Shown here: piece by piece, positions 24,731 to 39,078 of the stretch
Layout: every line of letters starts with the position of its first letter
Position numbering within the stretch: the stretch's first letter is position 1
Assembly (NCBI GenBank): GCA_003344405.1
Contig: NOWV01000101.1
Location: 124,001 to 188,000 of the forward strand
DNA length: 64,000 nt
Direction of reading: 5' to 3'
Source: Trichoplax sp. H2
Taxonomy: Eukaryota
Made by a program: the position numbers and the translations under genes
The notes under the pieces: generated by a model
What the model was told of the DNA's origin: nothing
Seen by the model: the letters and a program-made list of their open reading frames with translations, nothing else
The model's database searches: none

Positions 24731-27700
24731 ACATTGGAAATTAAACGAAGTTTTAGGTGATTCAAAAATTCAATCTATTCCTCTTTAATCTCATTTATAA
24801 GCAAATGGATTTATAATAAATATTTTTGAACTTTCGATATACGTACATCAGTGGCATCTCATGACCAACTAGAATCAATCTTGGCAATCTAATCAATCAA
24901 CTTTAGTCTAACCAGTCTTCAAGCCAGCTCAAGGCACATTACGACACAGGAAGTAGTTTTACTAATCGGTCTGCCTAGTATTTTTATTGATTTCAGATTT
25001 GAAACTGTACAAAGTGATTTGCAATATCGGAAACAAAATTCAATGATTGTAGCACCCGTAGAGGTAAAAGAAAAAATGATGTCAGTACAAGGCGGTCGTT
25101 AGTTTAACAAGAACAGATTTTTTTCACTAATGTTAATACAATCAATGCATCTCTCGCTAATTTGGACGTTGATTAACTTGTATCCATTTATAACTAATAT
25201 ATTGGGAGTAGTCCTTTTGTCATTTGAAATAATCTTTCGGATAAATAGATCCAATTTCTATAGTACAAACGATCACCATGACAAAATGATTGCTATCTTA
25301 ATAGATTCGTATGATTGCTTAAATAATTGCATTTATTATCAGCTAATTAAGGTATGGTCAATACTGTTAGGTCTATTTTTCAAGCTAGACAAATAAAATT
25401 TCCTTTAATATTGATACCATCCCTATACAACATGCATTTGTATTCAGATAAGGGGTAAAAAGCTACTTCTTTTTCAAACAACATCCATTTTCTCCTCCTT
25501 TACATTACCCTTTCATTTCTATGATGCAATCCTGTCACAAAGCAGCTTTGCAACAAGATAACGTAATGTGCGATCAATAGTCAATTCCTTGAACCACGTA
25601 TCAAGGAACGATATCTACACTATCAGAAACACTTTTGCTCTACTAACAGACTACTCAAAGACTTAGACGCCTGGTATTTTACGTTAAACACTAAGTTTAA
25701 GAATTTACTTTATTACACGATATACGGCATTTATATATTCTTCCTCAATAGTTTATGAGTCATACATAGTACGATTAACTTTGGAATCATTCACTGAATT
25801 AGATATTAATTTTAGCTACTGCTCCCTTAATGCAGACAACAGTATTTACGAACATAGACATCTGATGACTAATACAGAATAGTCAGATTACGATATGTCC
25901 TATCACGGAACATTTCCATGATAATTTACAATCTACCATAAGTAAGTTATTATTAAAATGATTCGAACTGTACAAGTAAGTAGATGATTTGAATTCCCCA
26001 TTATAACGATTAATTTCAGTATATGTATATGTATCACTGTCATAAAAAGTTAGTGCTATATTAAAACATAGTATATCCAAAATTAGAAGTTAACTAAATA
26101 AGGATAGGCTAACAGAATTATCCTAGCATAGATATTTCTATTCTAATACAGTATATAACACTGTCACAAATCCATACAAGCAAAATAGGTGAAATCTATC
26201 TCTATCCGGTACAGAGTAAATATATTATCAATCATATCCGGTATCAAGTAGAGATTAATTGGGGTCAAACTTTATCAATTCTTCTCTTCGAATCAATTGA
26301 AGTAACACCGCATATGTTCTGTAATCGATAATATCCACGTCTCAGTTATTGTAATCAGGCATCTAAGTGATCGATTTCAGGTAATTAATATAGAAATGTT
26401 AATTTATCGATCTGCTTTGGTCTTAACGACGACAGATTCGTTCCATTTTGGGTTATCACCACATTTTGGCAATGGATGGACGCTTTTACATGTATGGACG
26501 ATTGAATTAATGATTAATCTTCTCATTCGTGATTTTTATTAAAACTACATTTTAAATAGATATTTATCATTTCCTTTACGTTATATCTGATTGTAATACT
26601 AGACCGGTTAGACTTTAGATGAAGATGATGTAATAATAATGGATAGATACTTACAATAAACATACATGCGATTTCAAATATAATCCTCTCATTTAGTAGT
26701 TCAATCACGTTATTTTATTCAGATATTCCAATTTTTCCATCTATTTTTATACATACATTACAGTAGATTTATCTAATTTAAGATTATGATGATGTAATCA
26801 TATACCCGGGTATATATTTAGATATAGAAATTAATTAACATACAATCTTCTCATTAGTAACTGTCGGGATTGGCGCTAAATTATTGGTTTACAAACATTG
26901 TAAAATGAAAATATTCGCAAAATAACCCGCCCATGGATTGCATCTAAAATTGACAATTAAGTTGAGTATGAACTCCATGTTTAAATTTATATCTAGCCCT
27001 TTTGTTATTAGTTTCGATAGTAGATCCCTAATAGAAATATCGATGTGATAAAAATGCTCAAGGAATTTAAAAAAATTATCACAGGAACTAACAACTAAGT
27101 CACTAATCTACTTTGTTACTAATAATAGTGGTAGATTCACTAGGTTCAGATTATAATGCATATTATACAGTAGCATAATTATAATGCTTACGTACAGTAT
27201 TTGGAAATTGGTTAGATTTTAATTACAGAGAATTTAGATCATATGAATACATGCATGCCTCCTCTTTATTACTGCAGTGAATCGTAAAGAGAAGAATTTA
27301 TTATGATAAAAGGTCCAGAAATGATTGCTGATCGATTATATCTAATTGATTCTAAATTCAATCATAAAAGCACTAGCACTGAAGTAATATGAGTTTATCC
27401 GGATTGATTTTGCTACTGATTACTGAAGATAGTAATAGAAGTAGCCATAATGATAAAAGTGCCTAGAAAATCTAGAAATGATTATTGATTGGTTGATACC
27501 TAGTTTAAATCTCAGTTGAATCACGAAAATCCTTTGAAATCATTTCTGGGTCTACTTCGATATTAGTCACATAAAGCATGAATAAGAAGATGCAAGACGA
27601 TAATTGGTAAAAGTGCCTAATAAGGAATTTAATTGTCAACATCGACATGACGCTCGGTATAAATATCTTTAATTTGAGATTTAAATCTAATTATAGATGC

Positions 27701-29026
27701 ACTTACTTCATCCATACTTTATTTTGTTTATTAATTATAATAAATTTGTTAGTAAATTCCAATCGTAATTCTAACCAATTTTAGACATGAAAAAAGGCCG
27801 AGATAATTTTTTAATGTGAATACTAGGATCAATAGCAACTCAAATTTTGTAGCGGAAACGATTTTATATTAAATCAGCAGAGAAATGACTTGGTGAAAAT
27901 TCAATATATAGTACCAAAATGTATCTTGTTGTCCTTAGATATCGCTAAAAGGTTACATAAATCTCTACGTAAACAAGGACGAGATTCAGCAGTGATTACA
28001 GAATAAAGCCAGGCAAGGGAAAGCTTCACACCTTGATATAGGTAAATATACTGCTGTAGAGATGGCATGGTACGCAATGGTAACTTACGACTGGTATACT
28101 GTATATTGTAATGGCTGATTCATCGATCTAATCTGATCTTATCACGGTTACGTAAACCTTAATATGAATTTTTCTGCTATCGTATCTATAGAGTAATAAA
28201 TGGTGCACCAACGACATGAGTAGGGTTCATCGCCTAATACGCATTTCGAATTGACAAAAATTTCCGATGGGATTATGCATATACAGAATTAGCATGCACA
28301 CTAATGTCCGATATCTTGTCTTTATTTCAATATATCTTCAGAATTTCTCTCCTACCATATATACATTAAGAAGCTAGCAAATAGAAATATTTATTATCTT
28401 CATTGAAATTGATCTGATAACCCTATTTCAGTATACACACTTCAATGATAAACTTAACTGTACAGTAAAAAGTTTTTGCCAACTGTCACATTAGTTACAA
28501 ATTAGATAGCAGTGAAAAATAAAACTGTACAAAATGTTGTCGTCAGTATCAATGACCGGTAAGAAGCGACCATTCTGCGGTATTTATCATATGACTAATG
28601 GGAAATCGCTAACATGCCAGCAGCGATCAATCATTAATAAATTCTATAACAATAATAATAGAAATATCCCTAACCACATAAAAAATGTAATATTGCTTAA
28701 CAACGGCGGCTTTTTTAAAATGTGCTATCGTAGTTATGTGATATAATAATAGGTAAATAATATTTAGCTTTAGCAATAAGTACATTACACTATATTATAA
28801 TTGCAATTTCAGATAACGGATACATGGCATAATTCACGTGATAGATATTTCCGTTAGAGAACCCATTGGCCTACTATATAACTATACATATCTAGCTAGT
28901 TTTTGACAAGCCTAAGGACGTTAAACATCACTATTAACATTTCTTTATAGTTAAAAAATGGGTCAGCTTTCGAGTTCGCCAGGGAATGCGAAATTAGTAA
29001 GATATTGGCATCGAACAATAACTCAA

Positions 29027-32000
29027 TTAAGATTTTTTTCCTTTTTCTATATCTTCAATCAAATTTAATATCTTTTGCTTTTGCTTCTTGTTGAGGTGAG
29101 ATCCAACTCCGTGTAGAACCAAGTTTGAAAGGTGCTTAGATGAGTATTCCTGAATAATATAACCGAAAACCACAAAATTACAATAAAAATATGCTATCGT
29201 ACGAATAAGCCTTACTGTGAACGAAAGTTAAAATGAGAAATGGAAAGAAGCAAATTCTTTTCATTAATATAACAAACTTTATGAGAGCGAATCCATTTTT
29301 CAATTTCAGATTCAGTTAAATAATAGGCTTTGACGTAATTTTCTACGTATTCTTTTTCTGGTATTGGCCTATAAAAATGTTAATATCCGATATAGCTCAT
29401 TGAATTTAAAGCATTATACTACCTATAGCTCACTTTGTTAATGCAGTAAAATAATATTACTTCAGCTAAAGTTTTCTAATATACTTCATTACGGTATGTC
29501 TCAAGTTAATTGTAAAAACGTTCTACCTCACGGTTGTCATTTTCTCGAGCTGCAACAAGTATTGCTGAAAATCTAATTGCATTAAGGCTCTGCCTTCATT
29601 GCTGCATTTCTTTACATTACTGAAGCTAGAATAAAGGAAATTATCAGAATAAAGATATTCAATCACTATATCGCCAATTTTACTACAATTGATAATTTAC
29701 AGAGTCTTGTTAGCTTACCCATCAACAAATGTCTTATTAGCTAACTTTATGCAACGATCCCATAATATATTATATACTTCAATCGGCAATAACACTCTCC
29801 TGAAGTTACAAATATAAATTATTATTAATGTCTGAACCTTGTCGACCCACAAACCAAATACTGCTTATTAGAACTTAACTAACCGCGCCAAACTTTTAAA
29901 GTATGTATCGAACCGCCAGAATTCCTATATAAAGAGAACAAATCATGAAGTCAAATTCTACAGATATTTATTTATAAACATCCTTTTCAATACCTGTATT
30001 AATAAGTCGACGTAACTGCTGTGTTGTGACATAATTTCCTTAACGTCCCATTTAACATTATTCATAGCTAGACGAATCTGTAAATGAAAATGTATTACTA
30101 GAACCTAGACTGCAGCAAACAATTAGCGTTCTAAATTCATATATACCCCATCGTATTTAATCGATTTTGCTGAGATTGTTTGATATATTGGTAAACGAAT
30201 CTCCCGTACGATTCCGATTGTCTGAGTCAATAAAAATGTTTAAATGCCTTATGAATACTAAAAAGCAAGAAATTTTGTTTTGGTAATTTAAGCTAGGCTC
30301 ACCTGAGAATAAAACTGGGACAAAAAAGGGCGTTTTGAAGAAGGAATCATTGTTTCAAGGTGAAGACGAAGAAGTTCAAGTTTATCAGCTAAAAAAATCC
30401 TGTTACAGAAACAATGAATAACTAGCTCAGTACTTGATCATAATAATCATATTTCACCGAGTAAAAAATTACTTACACAGACTCAGTGGCAATGATTCTA
30501 CATGCTAATCCTCGTTGAGTTCCAGCATCAAATAGGGTAGCATCTAATGACATCCGTGGAAACTGAACCTAAATGTATTAATTTTAACGTTAACAAGAAC
30601 AGTCAATTCTTTGTATACTTTTAATAATGCGAATGTTATTATCACAAGCTGCTAATTTTTAGCTAACCTTAATATCATCGACACTGACACTAACAGATTC
30701 CTAAAAAAGAAATCACATAATGCTTGAATATCATCTCTTATAGCGACGTATTGAGAAAAGATAAAATGGCATAACCGTACTTTTCTGTACTGTACTTACA
30801 CTAGCATGCGAAGATTGGATCATGTTATCCTTTATCCTCTTTAAAGTTGCAGCAAGTTTACTGCTTAGTTGATGATTGTTACTAATCTGTAGAGAACGAA
30901 TTAAATTAATAGGATTAAATATCAGCATGAAATAATAGAAGCAACTCATTGATTAAGCGTACCGTTTCATTAGAAAAGAAGGAAAATACCTACAAATTTA
31001 TATACAGAGGGAGAAATGATTTTTTAGGTATACATAAAATTAGAATAATGACAGAATGGAATTTATTAACGTGGTATTATAGCTGCTTACCGTAAATAAA
31101 TAGTAATCAAAAAGCTGAGTCATGCTAATGAGAACATCGAAAGCAATTGGTGATAGCGCATGCATAATGTGCATATATCGCCCTGTGAAGAAACATAATA
31201 ATAGCTCTAATAACGTCTTAAAGTTTATATAGCTATAAGAGAACAAACTTTTCGTACCAAAAAACCGAATGGTAGTTAAAGTTGTATTGGCAACAACCGA
31301 AGAATTTTGTGAAAATTTTACATCGTTGGTCTCCCCAGCCTTGTAGTTCCTATTAAACGAAGAAAAATGAAGCTATGATTATTATGATACCAAATTAAAC
31401 TCAATGAAATATTTACTATAAACGTATATAGCAATACCTAGATGGCGTTTCACCGGTTTGCTCGTCGATAAAATCTTGTTTAAGTTCGTCTGTAATATTA
31501 TAAACCGAAAAAAAGAATTAAATAACGCAACTACAAGCACTTAGCAAATTTGATTTACTTACCAGGAATGTCATCTTCATCATTATCATTATAGATCGTT
31601 TTACCTTCTTCGTCTACCTCAGGTTCATCATTTGATGGCTATAAATAAATTTATTATGATATTCATTACCAATAATGCAGAATTGAAAAAGAGTACGATT
31701 TAAGTTTATAGGCCATATTTTAATTAAGGTAAAATGGTTCGCCATTTCATTACTGAAAATCAGCTATAACTACGAAAAACATACCACCAGCATAATAAAA
31801 CACACGTATATGGGTATTGGGGTAAATACTACAATTTATTGTTAATCAAGACTACCTCGAGCCATAATCTGCATAGCAGGAAATAACACAATATTACCTT
31901 ATCCGTGGAAACGACGTCATCTGGGCTATTATCTTCAATGATACAATCAAAAGGGCTCTCTAAAACGTTATATTTCTCAAAAATTCCTAAATGATGATAA

Positions 32001-35000
32001 ATAAATCTTAAATTGATAGTCCAAGTAAAATACCATTAACCTCACATCTCATACCATTCGTGTCAGATTTCGATTTGTTCGCGTCTTGAACAGCAGTTCT
32101 TAAAAATCTAAACTCCTGCATTATTAATTATGATCGTATTTAATTAATATATATTAAATATTAGAACTTTATCACTTTGAGATATTATAATAATAATTAC
32201 TTGAAGGTTGAATATATTAAATCCAAGCTCTAAAGGGCACACTTCCCATGCTTCATTCTCTAGGTACATTCTTAACTCGTCTAAACGAGCTCTAAAGCGC
32301 ATTTAAAATTTTTAAATGTTAGGTAAGAATCTACTTATTTTTATATCAGTAGTTTTCATTATGTTAGATGGTGAACGCATAACAACCAGAAAAGATAAAT
32401 TAGATTTTATTAGCGTGTATTAAGTACATATAATTACCGGTGATGCGATTTGAAATAATTAATACTCTGAGTACGAATTGTTTCTTGTAAGGTTTTCGAT
32501 TTACTTCCGCAAAATTCTTCACCCACTAACATTAACCTTTTAATTATTTTGAAAAATTAAATTAAAAAATTGAAGTAATTACCAAATTAAAGCAACTGCA
32601 AAAACTAGCTTTGTTGAAGTCTTCTACAATTAGTAAGTTCTACAAAAGTCCGATGAAAGATATAATAATCATACTAAATTATCACCTATTAGTAAGATCG
32701 AGAATGAATAACAGATCTTCAAATTTACTAAATGAGGAAAAGTCTGTGCCAAACAGTAGGAGTTTAACTTTCATTTGAACATCCTGAAATACGTATGATA
32801 AAAAAATGCATTAACAAATTAGTATTTAAACACATGTAATTGGTTCACATCAAGTGGATAATATGTAAATAAAATGTGGTCTACTTGAGTAAATGCACGC
32901 AATACTGAATAGTTGTTGAGCAATAACCTACTTGCCACACTCGGGTAAAACCAGTCTCTAGCTTCTTTAAAACATACTTCTTGTTGTAATCGTTTTCAAT
33001 ATCAGCTATACTAGGGTAAGAGTCTAATTTCGGTACATTTTTTTCTTCGTCTTTATGCCATTTCATGACGTAATAATAACTATGCATTATGTACCACATT
33101 TCCTATAAAAGTATAAAGCGCTACTGTTAGAGATATCTCTCTAACGCCTTGAGGAGACGGCATCGAAGTTATCTTTATGCAACTTAAGAAGTTCGTAAAA
33201 TTAAACTGATACCGTTACACGTACTTTTGATAAATGAATCAAACATTCGATGAATCGCGAAATCGGAACTTTCTGTTAAAATTTATTAGAGCATTGATTA
33301 ATAAACAATTTCAAAAGTAGAAATTATAGTCACCAAGGACATACTTTACACAAATCCTGATAGGAAAATTTTTGAGCTTCCTCTTTTATCAGCGCTTCTC
33401 CTTTTTCCTACAATTTCAGATAAATGATTAATTAATTGATAAATATATTATTATTAGCCAAAAATGGGTCGTAACGTAATCTGAACTTAAGCTATAAGTA
33501 CTTACCTCTACATGTCCGGTAACTACACTAAATGCAGTATTGTGAATAGCACTTGTATAATGCATATGTAATTGATCCATTGCAGCCTAATATTAAAGAC
33601 ATTGTAACTGTATCATATCCAATCATATGTATATTTATTTATCATGATATGCAATCAGAATAGGCTATACCCGATTCTTTCCAAGTAAACTGTAGGCGTT
33701 TTGAATAGTTGTGTATGTTTCTGAGTCAAATTTTGAACAAATCTTTGACAAGGCAACATCTAACTTTTCCTAACATAAAAGATGCAATATGCTCTCATTA
33801 CGTTATTTAATGAGGATCATATATTGTGTAATTTTTAGGTTTTAAAATTAGCATACTTCGATTATATCCTGCGTATCTCCAAGATTATGACTTAGTTCAC
33901 TAAACAGATAGACAAATAAATTAATAAGCATAAGGTAGCGAAAATTTTTAAACCAAATAGGTAAGATTCTTACAACAGAACTTCTATTAGAATATTAACA
34001 TTGGCAATTCAAAAGAAATTCTAGAAAAGATATGTTCCAATTATAATACCTAATGCATGAGAAATAATGATAAGTACTTGCTGCCTGTTGACACTCCCTA
34101 CAGAGTTGAATAGCTCCACAAAAATCTCCATTCTAATCAACAAATTTTGTTATAAAAACTTTTAATAAATGATTTATTTATATGTTGATCGTCAAGTTAT
34201 CAAGGTGTAGCGGCAAGTGATAATTTTAAAACTTACCTCTAATAGCTCTCGTAGATGAATATCCGTTTTTTGCTATTATGAATAAATAAAAATAATATGA
34301 AATTGTAAGTCCAATGTCGTTCCTTGTGTAATGGTATAAAATTAAAACCTTGAACCTACCAATGTTTTGATAGTATGAAAATTTTGCAATAGATAAGACA
34401 AGAGCTGTTTTTTTCGATGTTTTCCAAGAACTCCTAGACCTGCTCCACTAAATTTTTCTCTCGAAAGAGTTAATTTTCTTTAAATAATACAAACAGAGAT
34501 ACTTTAGATAGTGGATAATCTCTATACTACGTTTTCCAACTTATACTAGTTATTACTTTCTTCCACTGGCACACAAAACATTGGCTCTTTCCAGATCTTC
34601 CTGAAGATCCATTACCCTTTGCAGTTCCTAATTTGAATATTGCAATAGAGAAAGTTTAAAAATATTACATAGCGACATAATTAATTAACCTAGTGTGCTA
34701 TCAATCAAATATGCGATAATTTATAATACTAAAATTCGGATTAACAGATAAGGTGTATCCCAAACGTCAAGTTATTTGAAGTAAACTTTCGCATAAGTCG
34801 ATAGTTTGATAAGTTGTTACATTAGCAGATGACTCTCCTATAACGAATGAAATTTTGGCTTACCCCCATGTAAGCGGTATGATTTTCTAGAACCAACTCA
34901 GACAGTTTCTTTGTAACCTAGATAAAGTATCAAAAGTTATGATTTACAAAAGCATTCGAAAATTTCATAGGCTCGACATTAATTTTCAATCCATGTATAA

Positions 35001-37710
35001 TTTATTAATTGAGTATAACGATTGAATAAGATGTAGATTTATAAGTAAATGTTAATCTTTCGATAATATTCATCATATGAAACATCTTAGCCAATAAATC
35101 GGTCTATATTAACTAGCTAAGCTCATAACTATCGACAACCAATTTTACCCTAAGCACTTACAGATTTTAATTTCTTCTGAAGTTCAGTCCTTTGGCTTTC
35201 TATTATTTTTAGGCTTAATTCATGAGGCAATTTCTGCAAATTTTATGATTAAGAAAACATCAGTACTCTATTCTTACATCAATATAAATGGATAATATGT
35301 ATGGTTTACGCGTGTATCCAATATCAAAAAACACAACTACTAAGGGTGTAATACTATCATTATACTAGAACTTGCCTTTAATTCATGTGAACACGAATCA
35401 AAATTGGAGATTAAGAAATATTGCTGGTCTATTTCACGAATAACCTATCAAAACGCAATAATTCCAAACAACGTTGACATGTTGATCTTACTAATATAGT
35501 CAAATTTATTTAATGAGAGTAATCTTATTATGATAACTTAAGACACACGTCCGTGTTATTATCTAGCGATCTAAGCAAGGATAGCTAGAGCTCATTTTGT
35601 AGCTATAATACCTCGTCATGATCAACTTCATCTTCAATTGCTGAATCATCCTACAGTTAAAGAAACGGATTAGCATCTATTCCAAATAGAATAAATGTAG
35701 CAAGTAATTTCCCTTAATGATTCGAAATATCATCTGATTAATGACATCAAGACAAGAAGGATAACGCTAATAAAAGTATAATTAGTCTATAGTATTTGTT
35801 ATTAAGTTCATTTCTACTATCGTCAATTTACAGTAAGAACCAGCTGACAGAAGATAACCATCTCTAATGACTGTTTAAGAATAAATTTTAATCTGATCTA
35901 AAGTCGATGACAAAAGAAAGAATTAACTATTCAAAATAAATGAGGATTCAAATTTAATATAACAAAATATGCCGAGATGTTGTATCTACAGTACATTAAA
36001 ACTATACTTGATGATTATTAATTATTATCAATGGACTGCAAGCCATGATGATCATTTTCATTTTTAATACTCTTTATGTTATCTATAAATCTTTCAATTA
36101 CTGGATTACTAGCAATTGGACAGTTTTCTGTCACTTTAATTCTAAAAACGAGAAAGTGACATCGTTGGTATTTATCTTGATTTACTCCACTTGTCGGCGT
36201 ATCAAACTATGATATCGTGTTCAATTCATTTTATAATGAGCTAGAGTGTAAATGCTCTGCATCACTGTACTATAAAAATAACCCAATAGATCGAAATGAA
36301 GGTACGTATATTCAATTGTTATTCGTCGAGCGTGAAAAAATATTTGCATCATTTATAGGAACACCAATCCTTTCATTTTACGAAACGGAAATATCTTGAG
36401 TCAATGGATTGGATAGATTTAAGGCAATTCAACAGGAGAGGGCGACAGTGATCTAAGTAAATTATGATCACTTATGATTACCCCATATGCCATTGATTTG
36501 AAGGGCTGATATTTTATTCCCTTTGTCTGTATTGTACTGGCTGAATAATTTATGGCATTGGATAGGCGGATGTAATAGACGAACGTTCTAGCATGGATTG
36601 GATAATTTCACCATAGCCAATGGCGCAATAACGGCATAGAAATAGAATTACAGTCTAGTCATAACTATTTATCTCTTTCTCTGTCTGTCTATTTTAGTTT
36701 GTTACATAATCATATTGATCGAGTTTACTGATTTTTATACGGTGATAGCTGTATACGCATACACTATTTACCAGTTTTAACATTTGCTAGTGTACGCTTA
36801 TTATATATCATTATTGGTTTAAAGATCAACAAGAAAGTGACCTAGAAGATTAAAATGCAATGAAGATTACATGTAATTGGACAAACCTTAGTCACGCTAA
36901 AGGTTGGCGTTTGGCTGATTTCATTTTCACCTGTAGCTGATTGACCGCGGTCTTTATTCTGCTATCCATGAATAATGATAAAAAAGCAACAAATTTATAA
37001 GGGATTCCGTGATTGACCATTTACCATACAGTCGCTGACTAAATAAATAAAATACGGACAAAGAAAGTGTGCTATGATCTCGGACTATATGCTAGTCATG
37101 GTTAACCAATTACTATGATATCATGTCGATAACAATCATGCTAGTAAAATGGGCTACTTCTATTCGATTGAATTCTCTATCGAGTGGCGAAACGACGCAT
37201 GCAAGCATCCATCGTAGCAGAACTAGACATGCTATTGCAAGGAAAACTTTCAATAACATTGACTCCGTTGCCTATTGTAGCATTGTACTGTACATGCCTT
37301 TTCTATTAGCAACTATACGAAAGTAAACCATTCTAATGCAAGACAATTTCATCTTGATATCCAGTATCGTCCAATCTAGAATAGCGGATAGTCCAAAATT
37401 ATAAATTCAATGCTACCTAGACCATCATCATGGATGGTTTGATCCTATCTCCTATCTACTCGTTTGTACACTCTACTCTCTCGACACGCATCGTGTCGAA
37501 TGCTTGAATGGAAATGATAGAAAGTGCCATCTTCAACTATACATAAAGCAAGCGATTGGCTCAATTGTTGTGGCTCTCACTCGTTTATTTTCCACCGTGA
37601 AGGGAAATCATAGTAAGAAATCTATCAATTGATTCTTTAGCATGTATTTGAAAGATAGAAGAACTTACATCACGATGTAATAAATGGCGAACTCTATCTT
37701 TCAATGGCAT
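29027..37710 (-). CDS. VPS50: Syndetin / VPS50 (EARP complex subunit), many short exons
   Basis: [86 protein letters not shown] and [11 protein letters not shown]. Likely start [14 protein letters not shown] at 37710; TAA at 29027. Confidence 0.93.
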
Positions 37711-37935
37711 TCTGCAATCAATTATCGACCATCAGTCCATCACAGACACCAGAAGGCATGCGACTACCAGCCCTTCATCAAGGACGTGCTGGACATAGGT
37801 ACTACTAGACTAGACCTTGTATGGTGTGGATAATGAGTAGCGTACAGTATGGAACCGCAGTATGTTATGATACTGTATATTGTACAATCATCTCTGCTCT
37901 CTATTACACTAGTACGCATCCTCTGTATGGCTGAA

Positions 37936-38571
37936 GTATCGTCAACGTACAGTACTCATACTGTAGATAACTATCATGTACTGTACACTGTAAGTGTGGC
38001 ATCGTAGTGTTGTACAGTCCAGCACAGTACATCCAGCTACCATAGTGAAAGCAGTACTGTAATGTAGTGAAAGAGACGTATTTTTCTGTCGCTTCTTCTC
38101 CACTACAGTACAGTACTGTAGACTGTACGCACCTGCTGAGCATGCGTAAAGCTTGATCAAGATGGTGCGGATTTTGCGATTAACATGCAGACTTTGTACT
38201 AATACTTTACAGTACTACAGTACAGTAATTACTGTATACTATCGTATCGTCAACGTACAGTACAGTACAGTACAGTACTCATACCGTAGATAACTATCAT
38301 GTACTGTACACTGTAAGTATGGCATCGTAGTGTTGTACAGTCCAGCACAGTACATCCAGCTACCATAGTGAGAGCAGTACTGTACTGTAGTGAAAGAGAC
38401 GTATTTTTCTGTCGCTTCTTCTCCACTACAGTACTGTACTGTACAGTACTGTACTAGTACTGGATGACTGAAGGTACAATACTGTAGACTGTACGCGCCT
38501 ACTGAGCATGCGTAAAGGGTGATCAAGATGGTGCGGATTTTGCGATTAACATGCAGACTTTGTACTAATAC
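37936..38571. repeat. Tandem duplication (~270 and ~330 bp) rich in CAGTA, in the VPS50/ANKZF1 divergent promoter
   Basis: 37936-38206 is similar to 38244-38571, with SNPs and a CAGTA-rich insertion. No N gap lies between them. Confidence 0.9.
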
Positions 38572-38655
38572 TGTACTACAGTTATCCTATACTGTACCCT
38601 ACGTCTACACTACTGTACGGAACACTAAATGCATCGGAGTCAAATACAACGCCCA

Positions 38656-38677
38656 ACTCCAATCAATTGATTGGAGT
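38656..38677. promoter_or_regulatory. Perfect 22-bp palindrome containing two inverted CCAAT boxes
   Basis: ACTCCAATCAATTGATTGGAGT equals its own reverse complement. Confidence 0.6.
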
Positions 38678-39078
38678 CAACAGCAATCACTTCCATGATT
38701 TCATGACGTAATGATTTCAAAGTTTCTCCATCTTGTAAGCAGTTGCTTGACACAGCATTAAAACTCAAATTAAACTTACTCATCGCTAGAACGTGTAGCT
38801 AACATATACGAGTAGATAGATTGACATACAATTTCCTAGCAAAATTTTATTCAAAATTCATTATCGTCTATATAGGAGGTAAGAAATCAAACGTCAAATC
38901 ATCATTTCGTTACCATCTCCGTCTCTAGATAGGATGCGTAATTCGTACTTGATTGATAGACAGTATTTAACCATACTAGTTTTACAGTAATAAAATACAT
39001 GTTCAAGTTAAAACTATCCATCTGATATCTTTATCGACTCTACTGTATTGCTATGCTAAACATCAACAGTTCAAAGAG

